64,000 nt of DNA from Podospora anserina (lineage: Eukaryota). The notes beneath the pieces were generated by a model. That model saw nothing but the letters and a program-made list of their open reading frames with translations. It did not search any database and was not told where the DNA came from. The position numbers were made by a program, and so were the translations under genes. The stretch's first letter is position 1. Each line of letters opens with the position of its first letter. Positions 23,915 through 35,905 of this stretch are shown piece after piece. The DNA is taken from positions 4,650,001-4,714,000 of the forward strand of contig CM030336.1 in assembly GCA_017654855.1 (NCBI GenBank). The letters run 5' to 3'.

Positions 23915-25318
23915 ATGAAATCCATTCCTCGTTCTACAACAACAACCGCGAAGACCGACATACTGATTGCTGACAACTCGGGACTCTCGGATGAGGAGGA
24001 TCATCTCACAATGAGCGCTACACCGACAACAAAGGTTTTTTGGCAACTCACACATGCAAATGCGCCTTCTTCAGGTGTTGTTTCCAAAAGAGCCAAGCGC
24101 AAGAGAGCTCGCTCGACGGGTTGCTTCGGCATACCATTCGACCTGCTCGCCTTCCTCCGCAGCATGTCGGTCTTTCCGCTGGATCCCAAACAAAACAACA
24201 ACACCAAGAGGATTCAGTCATCATCACCACATTTTGAGTCTGAGAAGGTCGGGGAGGTGAAAAAATCCTCAACATGGCCACTTCTCAACTCGGCCAAAGC
24301 ACAAGCCGCCCACGAAGCTCGCCTGGCAACGAAGCGCTCGGCAGCGATCGATCGGCAGCTTGAACTGGACCGTGAAGCCTGGTGCCGAAAGGCCCAGGTC
24401 ATGGTCACTAGCTGTGGGCCGATCAACTGCGAAGGGAAGACCTTATTTTTCGATCAAATGAGAAGGAGCAGCTCACCGGGATCTTACGAGAATCATGAGC
24501 CATTCACCAATCAACCAACGGAGAACCCAGCTGGGCAAGTGATAGATGCCACGATAAAGGAAATGCAGCGAATCCTGCAAGAAATCCACATGCAGGCAAC
24601 ACATCACTACAAGACTTCCGATATAGAGATGGAAGAGCCCCTCACCACGTTACTCTCTACCGCCAAAACCCTCTACGAGACTGACCTCCACACCCTCGGC
24701 CAACTACCCCAGGTCAACCCCCGCAGCCTCGCTCTCATCAACCAGATCACCAAGTTATGGTCTGATCCCGCCTGGACAAAACTCTGCTACACCACCCTAG
24801 GCAGATCAAAACCCTTCACCTCCCTCGTCCTCTCCCTCCTCACCCGCTCTTTTTCTCCATCATACACCCCCACCTCAACCGACCTCTCCCACATCAAGCA
24901 CTTCTCCTCCGCACCAAGAACCCTCCACCGCGAAGCCCTCACCCCTTTCCCCGCCACCTCCTCTCTCGAATTCGACCTGATTGACCGCGACAACACAAGC
25001 TGCTGCTCCTTCCTACGCCGCAAAATCTTCAACTTTCTCTCCCCCAACCTGTCGGTGATCATGCTAGTCGATCTGGCTAGTTATTCGCAGGCTCTGTGGG
25101 AAGACAGCAGCACCAACCAGCTCCGGGAGTCGCTGCTCGCTTTTGAGGGACTGCTCAACGACAGGCGGTACGCCCAGCAGGCGAGGGGGGCGATGATGCT
25201 GCTTTTGTGGAATAGCGAGGGGTTGGAGGCGCAGCTGGGGGAGAGGCCGTTGGGGAGGTATATGAAGGAGTTCAAGGGGAGGAGGGGGGAGGAGAGCGCG
25301 TGGTGCAAGAAGATTTGA
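23915..25318 (+). CDS. Highly divergent heterotrimeric G-protein alpha-like protein
   Basis: RSAAIDRQL, LWSDPA, YTPTSTDL, RRKIFNF and LVDLASYSQALWEDSSTNQLRESLLAFEGLLN are G-alpha landmarks. The GTP-binding boxes are degenerate. Confidence 0.8.
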   Translation: MKSIPRSTTTTAKTDILIADNSGLSDEEDHLTMSATPTTKVFWQLTHANAPSSGVVSKRAKRKRARSTGCFGIPFDLLAFLRSMSVFPLDPKQNNNTKRIQSSSPHFESEKVGEVKKSSTWPLLNSAKAQAAHEARLATKRSAAIDRQLELDREAWCRKAQVMVTSCGPINCEGKTLFFDQMRRSSSPGSYENHEPFTNQPTENPAGQVIDATIKEMQRILQEIHMQATHHYKTSDIEMEEPLTTLLSTAKTLYETDLHTLGQLPQVNPRSLALINQITKLWSDPAWTKLCYTTLGRSKPFTSLVLSLLTRSFSPSYTPTSTDLSHIKHFSSAPRTLHREALTPFPATSSLEFDLIDRDNTSCCSFLRRKIFNFLSPNLSVIMLVDLASYSQALWEDSSTNQLRESLLAFEGLLNDRRYAQQARGAMMLLLWNSEGLEAQLGERPLGRYMKEFKGRRGEESAWCKKI

Positions 25319-26278
25319 GGGGAGGGTTGAACGATGGTTATGATGTAATGATATGGGTAATGGTTTGGTTATCTTGGTATGTGTATCTTGGTTATAATAA
25401 AAGGGCTTTCTATTTTCGACCCCTTTGGCGAGGATTGGTGTTGTGTTCAGTATGGCTTCAGGCAAATCCAAAGCCATGCAAACTTCAAACTTCCACTTCA
25501 TGATTTCAAAAGCACAACTCTGCAATAGTGATACCGCCTCTCTCAGTGGTGTACTCAGGTACCTGTAGCATACAGGCAACTTTGATGCACCCTGACTAAC
25601 ATACCTGACACAGTACAGATGAGAAACCATGTATGTCAGTGTCAATGTAAGAAATATTTCCGTGGCAGTCTGGAGAGTGCGCAGCTGACTACCTAACTCA
25701 CGACTTCCTCGTATCCAAAGCAAATTTGAGATCCTGGCAAGTGTCCAAGCACCCGGGCTACCATGATACCTATGGGTCAAAGGTGAAGTCACATGGAGAG
25801 ACTCCATTTTCCAGCAGGAGAGGAAATAGCGCCGGGCTCAATCTTTCCGGGACATGTCTGCTCCATAACAACCTGCGGTGAGCATTCGTGCAACTGCTTG
25901 CGCTTCGACAGCTGGGTTGTACCTACCTTACCTACCTAGCTGGGCTTGACCATGCGGACGACACTGGTGCTTGGAGGTTCAGGTACGCAGCTGCCTTCCA
26001 TCTACATATGGACCTGCCAGGGCGGAATCTTTCCCACAGTCTTACGCATTCGCAGACTCCGTCATATGCTCACTTGAAGCGGGGATTCCTGGTGACGGCC
26101 GAAGTGCCATAGCGGGTGAACATGCAGTTACGGCTGTGATCGCTGGTGACAGACAAGCCGGCAACTCCTCAGGTCTCTCAGTACAAAATCTCCTTCAACC
26201 ACCCATCTGCCAGTTTCGCCATTCTTCTTCAGTTCATTAACCACACTTGTCCAAATCAACCCGCCTTCAACCGTTGCA

Positions 26279-27018
26279 ATGTTCAAGCTTTTGCTCCTCC
26301 TAGTCGGCGTCACTGCGGCTGCTGCTGCCGCCGCCGGCGATCCCGCAGGTTCGGGGACGGTGACAGTAATCCAGACAACCTCTATTGGTAAGAGCCTCGA
26401 CCTTGATTCACAAACATTCTGTTCTTTGGCTCTGTCAACTGACCTTTGCGGTCTGGAATTGCTTCAGTCACCTGGGAGACTTCTTACGTTACTCTTCCTA
26501 CTTCTTACCAGTCAACAGGAATTGCCTTGGCTTCCTCTGGCACTGTTTCGACCGGCACGACTTCCTCTCTCAGTGGTACCGCCAGCACCCAGACCCCTTC
26601 CGTGAACAGCGACCTCGGCAGACTGTGGGTTTTCCACCGCACCATCTTCACACCGGAAGATCCCAACTACACAAAGCAGTGCTTCTACGACATGTTCGAG
26701 TCCCGCATGAGCGAGGCGGTCCTATTCCCTTGCTCCCAGCCGTATAACGCAACATGGCATATTGGTAGAGGTTCAGATTGCGACGGGGGATACCTCATGC
26801 CTATTCCCGAATTCAATATTGGATTCGACATTCTCGGCGTGAATACCGGGTGTTGGTACCATCCTGAGGCGCTGCAGATTTTCTGCGATCAGGGCCATTA
26901 CCCCTGCCGCTTCGAGAACCATATCGACTATATACACTGCTCAAATGAGACCGAGGCTCCGATGACGAATTACAACGGCTATGTGAGGATGGCTTGCGAT
27001 GGGTTTCTGGCCAAGTGA
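26279..27018 (+). CDS. Secreted protein, 219 aa, Ser/Thr stalk plus Cys-rich domain (effector-like)
   Basis: Signal peptide MFKLLLLLVGVTAAAAA. Intron 26388-26467 joins the two ORFs in frame. 8 Cys in the C-terminal domain. Confidence 0.75.
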
Positions 27019-27556
27019 TGACCTGCATCTAGACGTGGCCGAGGGGGGTTTGCTTCTTAATCCCAGATTTGTACGGTGCATGGTTGAGTTACAGGGTGGA
27101 TTTTGCAATGATTGTAGTCATATGAGTTCGTAAAATGGAAGGCATGTTTCACTTTGCAGACTCTTATTCAATGTGATGCAATGCTGTTTTGAAGGTCCCT
27201 CCCTGACTGTGTTCCGACAAGCAGTGACTGATTGAACGTGAGAGAGTGGTGCCTGTGTAAGATAGGTGTGGTGCCAGGCTAATTTACATGTGGTGCCTGG
27301 CTAAAATGTGGGTGGTGCCTGCCTATGAAGTCCCATCGGAAAAGGTTGTGGACGGGGTCATGTCAACTCCAGGAGCCATATTTAACCCTAACCCCAGTAG
27401 GGGGGGTACACAGCTATCCGAGGGGGGGTGGCACGGCTACCATCTCTTTTTCCTTACTCGTTGGGCCTACAGAATCGGCACACCAACCCCATAGGGCAAC
27501 GTCACCGCCGCAATCAACCTTCAACCTCGCGCGGGCAATCCGCAGCAAGCTACACT

Positions 27557-29029
27557 ATGGCGGTCGTTGATGCGTCGTTTCAATTCCTGCAATGGCAACC
27601 TCCATACCCACAAGAAAAGCCATATGAAGTCTTCCTGCCAGCCGAAAGTTTCCAGAACAAGATCTCGCGCAGCAACCTCGTTTTCGAGCCCCACTCCGTC
27701 CGCGTCCACGACGTCAAGGCCCGAGCCAATGCAAATGAAACAAGTTCAAATCAAAGCAAGCAATTCAAATGGGCCAAAAACTGGCTCAAATAGTCAGTTT
27801 TTGGTATTTGAATTGAATTGGATTACTTGCCAAGCGGTATTTAATAGGAGTACCGCACATGTAACCCTAACCCCATGGACCAGCACATCGATGATAATGT
27901 CTGAGATCAGGGTGAAAACCGCCCAAACTAGAGTTTTGTGTACGAATTATCCGTAGATTGCATCTTGGCAAATGCTCAAATACAAACAAATCAAAGCAAG
28001 TAGAAGTTTCCCCTTCACAATTCAAGCCAAATACGTGGCCATATTTGCATTATTTGCATTGGATCGGGCCTTGCACGACGTTCGAAACCGCCGACATGAA
28101 TACACACTTGACACACATAGCTTCCAGTTTACCCGACATATAACAAGGACGGAGGACTTCAAGGACCGTACTGTAGTGGAGGAGTCTTACATTCCGGAGA
28201 TGGAGCGGCTTCTGCAGCAGCATTTGAGCGAGAAAACGGACCAGGAGGTGGTCAGAACAGTTTGTTTTGACTTTCGAGTATGTTTTGGACTAAACCACCT
28301 GGGCTTTGTGGCATGAGGCGTCCTTTGACATGTTCTTTGCAAGCTTATTAGGGAAAGCATAGATGCCGACGAGTTTGCCAAACGCACCATCAACCTTGAA
28401 GATGGCTTAGACCGGCTGCTCCCAGCTACACATCCACACATCGGTTGGCTTCAAGATCTTGTCACAGTCAGAGTGGCTGAGACAGTGGCTAACGCGCTTA
28501 GACCAAAGTACACGCGGCGCCCTCCTTCGGGTCAAGAGGCATATGGGCGAAGAGGCAGACGAGTTGCTGAAGGGACGGGTACGGGTGATTAAGTATGCCT
28601 CTTTCAAACCGTACTCATGTATGCACACTTGTTCTGACTTCGATATGTCTAGTGTCTGGAGACCCTTGGCTAATGTCAAATCCTGGCCACTAGCCCTTTG
28701 CGACGCGCGGACCGTCAACCCCGATGACCTTGTAACCTGCGATATTGTTCGCAGGCGGTATGTGGGCGAGACATACTTTGGAAAGTACAATCCGAAACAA
28801 AAATGGCATTTTCTCTCAGAGATGACGCCAGAGGATGTCATCTTTATCAAGGTGTATGATTCGGATCAGACTGTGGAAGCGCAAAGTACGTGATTCTGGT
28901 TGCACTGTCCACGAGAACATGTTTAACCTGTTGGGATCCATAGGGTGCCTACATGCCTCTTTCCAACACACAGAGTCGTCTGAGCCACGTGTCAGCATCG
29001 AGTTGAGAATGTTGGTTTTTGGTGGATGA
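27557..29029 (+). pseudogene. AsaB/CmcJ-like hydroxylase-methyltransferase family gene interrupted by a MITE
   Basis: EKPY..SNL..HDVR..TLDTHSF, HPHIDQ, VWRPL..WPLALCDARTV, WHFLSEMTPEDV, HASF..RVSIELR. Multi-exon, with a 359-bp insertion in exon 1. Confidence 0.85.
27715..28073. mobile_element. Non-autonomous hAT-like DNA transposon (MITE), 359 bp
   Basis: TIRs CAAGGCCCGAGCCAATGCAAAT (27715-27736) and ATTTGCATTGGATCGGGCCTTG (28052-28073) match at 21/22. Perfect 8-bp TSD CACGACGT at 27707-27714 and 28074-28081. Confidence 0.95.
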
Positions 29030-29751
29030 TAGACTGTTGACATCAACCACGGTGCAGTCTTCGAAGCTGATCTGGCAGAAGCGCGCAAAGTTAACCCATG
29101 TCTTAACAGATAGAGAGAGAATGAACAGGTTCGCTGAGAGGAAACAAACTCTCATATATATATATACACACATGAGAAGGCCACTTCGTGTTGGAATTAA
29201 CAAGCCTGCCGCACCTCCCTCGTATCCGTCAAGCCACACTGGACCCATGTATCCACAACAATCGCATGGTCCTTCAACTATAGTAGTTAGCCGTGTACAA
29301 AGCACCAAAAACTTTCCATTATTTTTCTAGCGCAAGTGTGAAGCTGACTCCTGCAGTGCAATGATGGCAGAATGTGGGATTCTGGGTAAACTTGAGAGCG
29401 GAGAGATGCTCTAATCAATCATGTGGTGATGTGACTGCCTAGCCGCAGGGGAAGATCAAGTCTAAGCCCTGTATGCACGTACATCTGTAGTAGTTTTGGT
29501 TCCCAGTCTAGGAATTGATCAGTCATGAGCACATACAATGCGCCGCTGGATGCTGAGCTCGGCAGGCTAGGTATCGACATTAAGTCGTCGTAAAGTAATG
29601 ATGGCAAAACAAAACAAAGATCACAACTGTAAAAGCATAACAACAAATGAAGCGAAGGGTTGGATGTAAAAGGGCTTCCAAAGAAGTCTATATAGAAGGA
29701 AAGGGCATCCAACCAGGCACCGAGAAAACACCCACAAAAGAGAAACCTTGC

Positions 29752-30561
29752 CTACGCTTTGACCTTCATCTCTTCCAGGTCCTTCTCCTTTTGCTTGTTA
29801 AGCCTTGGCTGGGTTGAAGCTATCCGGAAAGTTCGCATGATAGACGAGCAACAACAAACCAGACAGGATCTAATGGCGCTACGTCCTAACCGTATCCAGC
29901 GCCGTAGTATGGGGAATGCCGAGGGGCCTTTGGAATGATCGGGAGGATTGGCTCCTAGGAGTCGAGGCTGCTCCCGGGCATCCACCACCGCTCCGTCTGC
30001 ACGCCAATCCCACTCGGGTGGCTCATCCTGCACAACCAGCGTGAACTTTGTTCTGCCAGACTCCAAAATACAAGTTCGCAATATCTGCTTCTTGACCTCT
30101 TTTGCAAAGGGGCGCGAGCTGCTCGTGAGCACCACAGCATTCACACCGTGTCTGTCTGGGTTGGATTTCTTCTTGTCTGTGACCCGGTACCCTTCCACAG
30201 TTGCCGTAGGACTTCTCGCGGAAGGCCCTCTATTTTTGACGGAGGCCAATGGGATATTGCGTATGACGGACATGAGCTGCGGTCGGATGCTCTCGAAAGC
30301 TTGCTCGGCTTCGGGGTTGAGGGGCGTGACGTTGTTTTTACCGAAACCGACGATTCGCCAGTTGCGCTTCTCGGCATCGTCGTCCTCAATGACGTGGGTA
30401 CGGCGGAACGGCACGTAATCGTCATTCGCTGCTGCTGCCATTCGGGCAGCATATCCCGTTGGTTTGAGTGGCGTGCGTGGTGAACTTGACCCGCCAAACG
30501 AGGAGGGAATGGACTTGGTCATTGAGCTGCGCCACGCTTTCTTCGAGTCGAATCCTTCCAT
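29752..30561 (-). CDS. Hypothetical protein
   Basis: ~269-aa ORF from ATG 30561. No recognised domain. Confidence 0.5.
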   Translation of the reverse strand: MEGFDSKKAWRSSMTKSIPSSFGGSSSPRTPLKPTGYAARMAAAANDDYVPFRRTHVIEDDDAEKRNWRIVGFGKNNVTPLNPEAEQAFESIRPQLMSVIRNIPLASVKNRGPSARSPTATVEGYRVTDKKKSNPDRHGVNAVVLTSSSRPFAKEVKKQILRTCILESGRTKFTLVVQDEPPEWDWRADGAVVDAREQPRLLGANPPDHSKGPSAFPILRRWIRLGRSAIRSCLVCCCSSIMRTFRIASTQPRLNKQKEKDLEEMKVKA

Positions 30562-31731
30562 GGTAAAGACACTGGACAAGCGTGGAGGAATTGAATATGG
30601 TAGATGGGGGTAAGTTGAAGGAGCAGAATAGTGATACTATGCCACTTTCTTTTTCGTCCAACACAGTGTAAAAAGAAGGAAACATCCTTTTATCTGATCT
30701 GAGCTGTTGGTTACATGAGACGAAACATCCATCACGTGGTTTGGGGATTTGTCCAAGGTGGCTTTCAGAGGCGGAGGCAAGCGCGGACAGGCACATGCCT
30801 GGTCGGTTCAGGTGTGCCGTTCATTCCGCCTGTGTCACAAGTCGTGGCCATGTTTGTCTTTGCAACACATGTGATGTATCGATACGCCGCCAATGAGATA
30901 CGAAGATCAGATGCAGCCGTAAAGCTGGCCTGCCAGTGTGATGTCAATGCAATGCCCCCAGAAGGCATTTTCGGCACCGCCGGTCTCCAAGATGCCGAGG
31001 GGCCTAACGCCTTGTACATTACAAGGCGGCGTGTGGCTTAACTTTGTTTTTCTCTCAGCCTCATCACCATCTTACCATCATCGCCACAACGGTCATGAAA
31101 GTCCTGACATAGAACAAAAGTCAAGCAGTCATCAAGTCCAGTGAATCAGCATAGCCGTGCTATCCAGCTTGTACAGTACCCACCTCACGTACACCCCCGC
31201 CTGGTGTTACGTACCCACAGGAACCTTACATATTTTACTTCTCCCATCAGGTATGTTCACAACAAGCCGGTAAGACAACCCATCTGCACATCGGTTTCAA
31301 ACCCCTTCTGTGACGAAACTAATTACGGTTTGCTAGCAAAGGTAGTACTCAGAGAGTAGATAGGTGAACTCGCCACTACGCTATTTGACAGCAGTGTAGG
31401 TGAATGTAACTACAATGAATGGTTACGACAGAGTCATGATTGCAAATGTCGTACCTACTTTTTGTGCCCTGCATCACGACTTTGGGTTTCCCAGTTCTGT
31501 CCGTAGGTGGGTGTTGATCAACTTTGCAGAGAAGACCTGGAAAGATAGGTACCTACCTACCTTGCCTTGTTCAAAGTGTTACTGACAACGGCAGAGTATT
31601 TTGGCTTGCAGAAAACAAGTATACCCCTACTCAACTCGTCATACGCATGAGCGATTGCAGCACTCATTTAGTCTCACCCATAGCCTAGGCGAAATAGGGT
31701 TTTCGGTTTCTCTTTCCCGCTATCAGCTACC

Positions 31732-33677
31732 ATGTCTGCACTCAATCCTCCTCACCCTCAACTTCCGCTGTGGCGTTTGACACTCAAGGCTTTCCAAGGA
31801 ATTTCTCAGAATCCGCCATTGAATCACGCGTCTCCGAACCACCGACCGCAGTGGATCGGACCAAGCAACCGTGACGAACTCATCGCCGGAATATGGGGCC
31901 ATTGTTATGGCAACATTGCCTAGTAAGCGACCTACCTAGTCTTTTCCCTCCCCCAGATCATTCTTTCTCAACTCTTTACCACGTTATCGCACCTTATTGG
32001 GTACATACTAAGACGTATTGCTACAAAAGTGAAGACGAATATGATAGTTACGTGGTATACCTCGAAAGAGAGCTTTCTGAGTTCCGGACTCAAGACTGCG
32101 TATTGGAGACATTCGGCGAACTATTTGACATGATCGCGATTTTAAAGGATTCACATTCCGCTGCAATGACCAAGTCTGATATAGCGCAGACTTATGAACC
32201 TGGATTCCCCCATGGGCTTAATGTAAGATTTTGCTTTCAGGATTTCGATTTGTCCAACACTTGCCCATAACTAATGAGGCACGCTCCGTGTACCACTCTA
32301 GGTCCAACGGATGTACAACTCTTTGGACATGGCCGCGCGACTATGGCTCATGTTCGGCTTTGGCTCCCAAGATTGCAACTTTGTCTGGGATGGAGACAAA
32401 ACACTGCTTCAGGCCGTAATGGCCATCCTGGGACCATCATCGCCTCAACAGTGTCGGTATATTGTGAAACTCGGAAACGCTGATTACCAGACGAACCCGT
32501 TGCACGACCCGTCAGTTGCAGTAGAAACAATGCCTAAGCTTCTGGGCATTATCGACAAGGTGGAGGTGGAGGACCAAGGAGGGCATGACACTCGAGCATT
32601 CCCTGGGAACTTCTCTCTCCGTCAGATGAGCAGACTTGTTTCTTTTCACATTGAATGGACTGATGATATATTTCAACATCTTATTGTCAAACTCTCTCAA
32701 GACAATGACTACTCAGTCTATATCTTTCATCACGCAACGGTGTTGAGGGAGATGTGGCTCTTTTCCTCGGATGTGTGAGCACTACCCCTACCGATAGCCT
32801 CCCACAACGCATCGCGAGATTATTACTAACCAGACCTCCTCACATCAGAAATCAATACCCTTACCGAGAACTTGCAGAGGAAACTCTCAAGACCCTGGCT
32901 TTACTCATCCCCGACACGGACATTGACAATATCTCCTGGTTCCGGCGAAAGTTGCAGAATGACGAGATACCCTGGCCTGGGTATGTGCGAAAGGTGCGCG
33001 GGCTTGACGCCAGGGCTGGTACACAGCTATTGTATCCCCAGGAAATGCCACCCCATACTCAATTATGGAGTGATAGGATCATCACTGTGCCAAGAGAGGT
33101 CGACAGTTTCAAGTTCTGGAAAGCTCGCCTCTTGATATTGGAAGACACATTCAACCGCGCGTCACCACGCACCTTTTGGGGCTTTCGGTTTGATAAGCGC
33201 AACAAACGCGAATACTACATCTTTTGGTTTGCCGCGCTCAGTCTCGCTTTTGTCGTCATCGGACTTCTTTTTGCCATTGGAGCTCTGGTTGCCGGGGTCT
33301 TGCAATTGAAGGCAGCCCAGGAGGCCAACAGGCTCGCGAGTATGGCTACTCTCTCGACAGACTCTGCTGCTGCTGCTACCGAAGGTTTCAGCGGGCGGGT
33401 GGAGTGCTGTTGTTTGACCATGGCGTACAGCAACGGGACTTCAACTGTCGGCGCGCTGTGGACCGCGCAAGAATCCTCTTCGTTGGTGCAGGCGACCACC
33501 ATGCCAGCCTCTCCAGGAAGTCCCCGCCAGACAACCATGAGCGTCAGGTCCACGAGGCCTATGGCCAGCATCATCTCCACAACCGCTGAACCCGTGTGGT
33601 ATACATCGCCGGTGACGTCAACAACGACAACACTCTTCTCGATGGATCGATCCGTCACGTCTTGTAGTCTTCTGTAA
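31732..33677 (+). CDS. Uncharacterised fungal protein with C-terminal transmembrane helix (paralogue 1)
   Basis: Four exons with introns 31923-32029, 32223-32301 and 32775-32848, all splicing in frame. Motifs IEWTDDIFQHL, FHHATVL, ETLKTLALLIP, FWKARLLILEDTF and DKRNKREYYIFW, then a TM helix. Confidence 0.8.
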
Positions 33678-35905
33678 CTGAATTCCAGCATTGGAGGACT
33701 CACAAGAAAATAAAGGTATATCACATTGGACATGGCACCATGGTCGTGACCGTCTTTTATCGATTCTATGAAGTGGTTGCCATGACAACTGTTCAGGGGT
33801 AACTTCCTACTAAATAAAGGGGGGTTTGGACATTGAGAGCCACAACCATCAACTATCTACACACAACATATCCAACCTATGCATTGAAACTATCAGTGTG
33901 TCTGTCTATAGCATGACCTTGAGAATTTCAAGTCCCAGCATCTGTAACTCTTAATCCGAACATCCCCTATTCTTAATTCCAACATCCTCTGTCAACGATC
34001 CAAGCATTCTCTCCCTTTTATCCCAGCAATGACCGTCCACTATCCGAGCATTACCTATTGTTAGTCTAAACATATAAACCATCCATCTCAACACCGCCAG
34101 TCCATAGTCCGAACACAGAAACCGTCCATCCGAACACGGTGGCTTTCCCATCCAAGCTGCTCCAAGGTCGTTAGCAATGTACCAAGGTCCTTCAGTCAAC
34201 ATACATTTCCATCTTGAATGCCAAAGAAATCTCTCCCTGACAACTAATCCCAATCGGCTTCTCAAGCTGTGGGACCAGCGTGTACCGAACACCACATTTA
34301 TAGTGACATGCACGGCCTTAACCCTAACCCCAGTTCCGATCCTCATGTGTATAAGATGGGGGAGACGCGGACAGATATGAACCTCAGCCACAAAACATTC
34401 CATACACCTCTAAGTCTACAAAGTTGATTTTATCAAAAAAGCACATCTATCTTTAACAGCAAGCACAAAACAAAAAAAGAAGGAAATGATGAAATTCCGC
34501 ACTAATACCACCACTCCCTTCTCAACCCCCGTCCCGGCCGACCGGACTGACATTGCAACACAAGAGAGCCCGCGCCCACAACAAGCTCAGCCCCTCCCTT
34601 CCCCTCGGTACCTCCCCCAAAAAAAGTCCCGCTATCTATATCACCAGCCGGAAAGGCGCAGCTAAAACGAGAGATAAAGAATCGGTCAACCATCACCACG
34701 ATAACAAAAATGCGGTGAGAAAGCTTCCGTACCAAAAAGAAAAAGAAAAAGGCTGGGGCGCTTTTGGGTTTGGTGGGAAGAGAAAGATTGCTGGTGTTGG
34801 CGGCAGCCATGTTGAAAGTGTGAAATGAGGTCAGGGCGGTTTTGCAGGCTGACCAGCGCCGTGCCGTTGGAATTGACTTCTGGAGTCGCGTTTAATTGGC
34901 GCTAGGGAGCGGGAGTGGGGCTTGGCACACAGCCCTGCGGATAGTGGGGTTCGGCTTTTGGGGTCACCCTGGAAGTGGAAGGCTGTTTCTTCAAGACAGT
35001 TCGATACCTACAGTGCCAACACCTACTTAATCGTGGCCACTCAAATATCGAGAACATCACCTAAGAATCCATCACGCCCGAGATGTTGGAGAACAGCCAA
35101 GAGGTATGAGTTGAGTCGACGACCTATCCTTATCTAGATGTCAATCTAACACTGACCCAACTGAAGGTCACTGGGGTGCACGGCACTCTTGAAGCTCGAA
35201 GATTCTCATGAGAAGCCTGGATTGGCATGGTTGCTCTAGTTGGATCTCTTGCTCTCGGCACTGGTATTGGTGAGATATAACATGAGCGGGTACCAGGACC
35301 ACCAGCCTCTGAACATGTTGTGGCCTTCATGAACATGACTAAAGCGGTCCTAGATATGAGATCCAGGTATGATGCAAGTCAAGACTCACGGCTGACTTCG
35401 ACAATCATCGTTCAGTCTGGTAGCCTGACCAGCCTTCAGTATCACCAACCTCACCTTCGATCCAGAGACTCACCAAGAGGGGGATTATTGCAAGGGTTAG
35501 CGAGCATCGAGTGGACCTACCTCTATTAGCTTCGACCCACCCGAATCCTCTACACTAACCAGAACAGCACATAACCCCTGAGATTGATGCGCACAGGCCA
35601 CAACGATTGGAGCGTCACCGATAGGTTTACTCCATCTCCAGGCGGAACTTAGGGAAATGATCCGATGCGCAAGCGGTGTGCTTGCGGTGGAAATTCAACG
35701 TCCTTGGCGAGCCGAGTCGTTTCCACAGGGTCTTCTCTCATTCGCACGTAAAGCCGGGCAGCATGTCGCTCCAAAATCCCGTCGGACTTTCGCCCTGTTT
35801 TCTCTGCTCCTTGTACGCACGACTGACGCCGCAGTTCCAACAACGATAAACGAAAACCACATGCCGCCTGGGCCGGGGTAACACCGGCACTTGTGAGAGG
35901 AGCAC

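Noticed and set aside
27246..27320. Four GTGGTGCC motifs as a regulatory array
   Set aside because: Short and irregularly spaced, with no independent support for function.
27382..27395. TAACCCTAACCC (also near 27862 and 34319) as telomere remnants
   Set aside because: Only two units each, too short to indicate a chromosome end or fusion.
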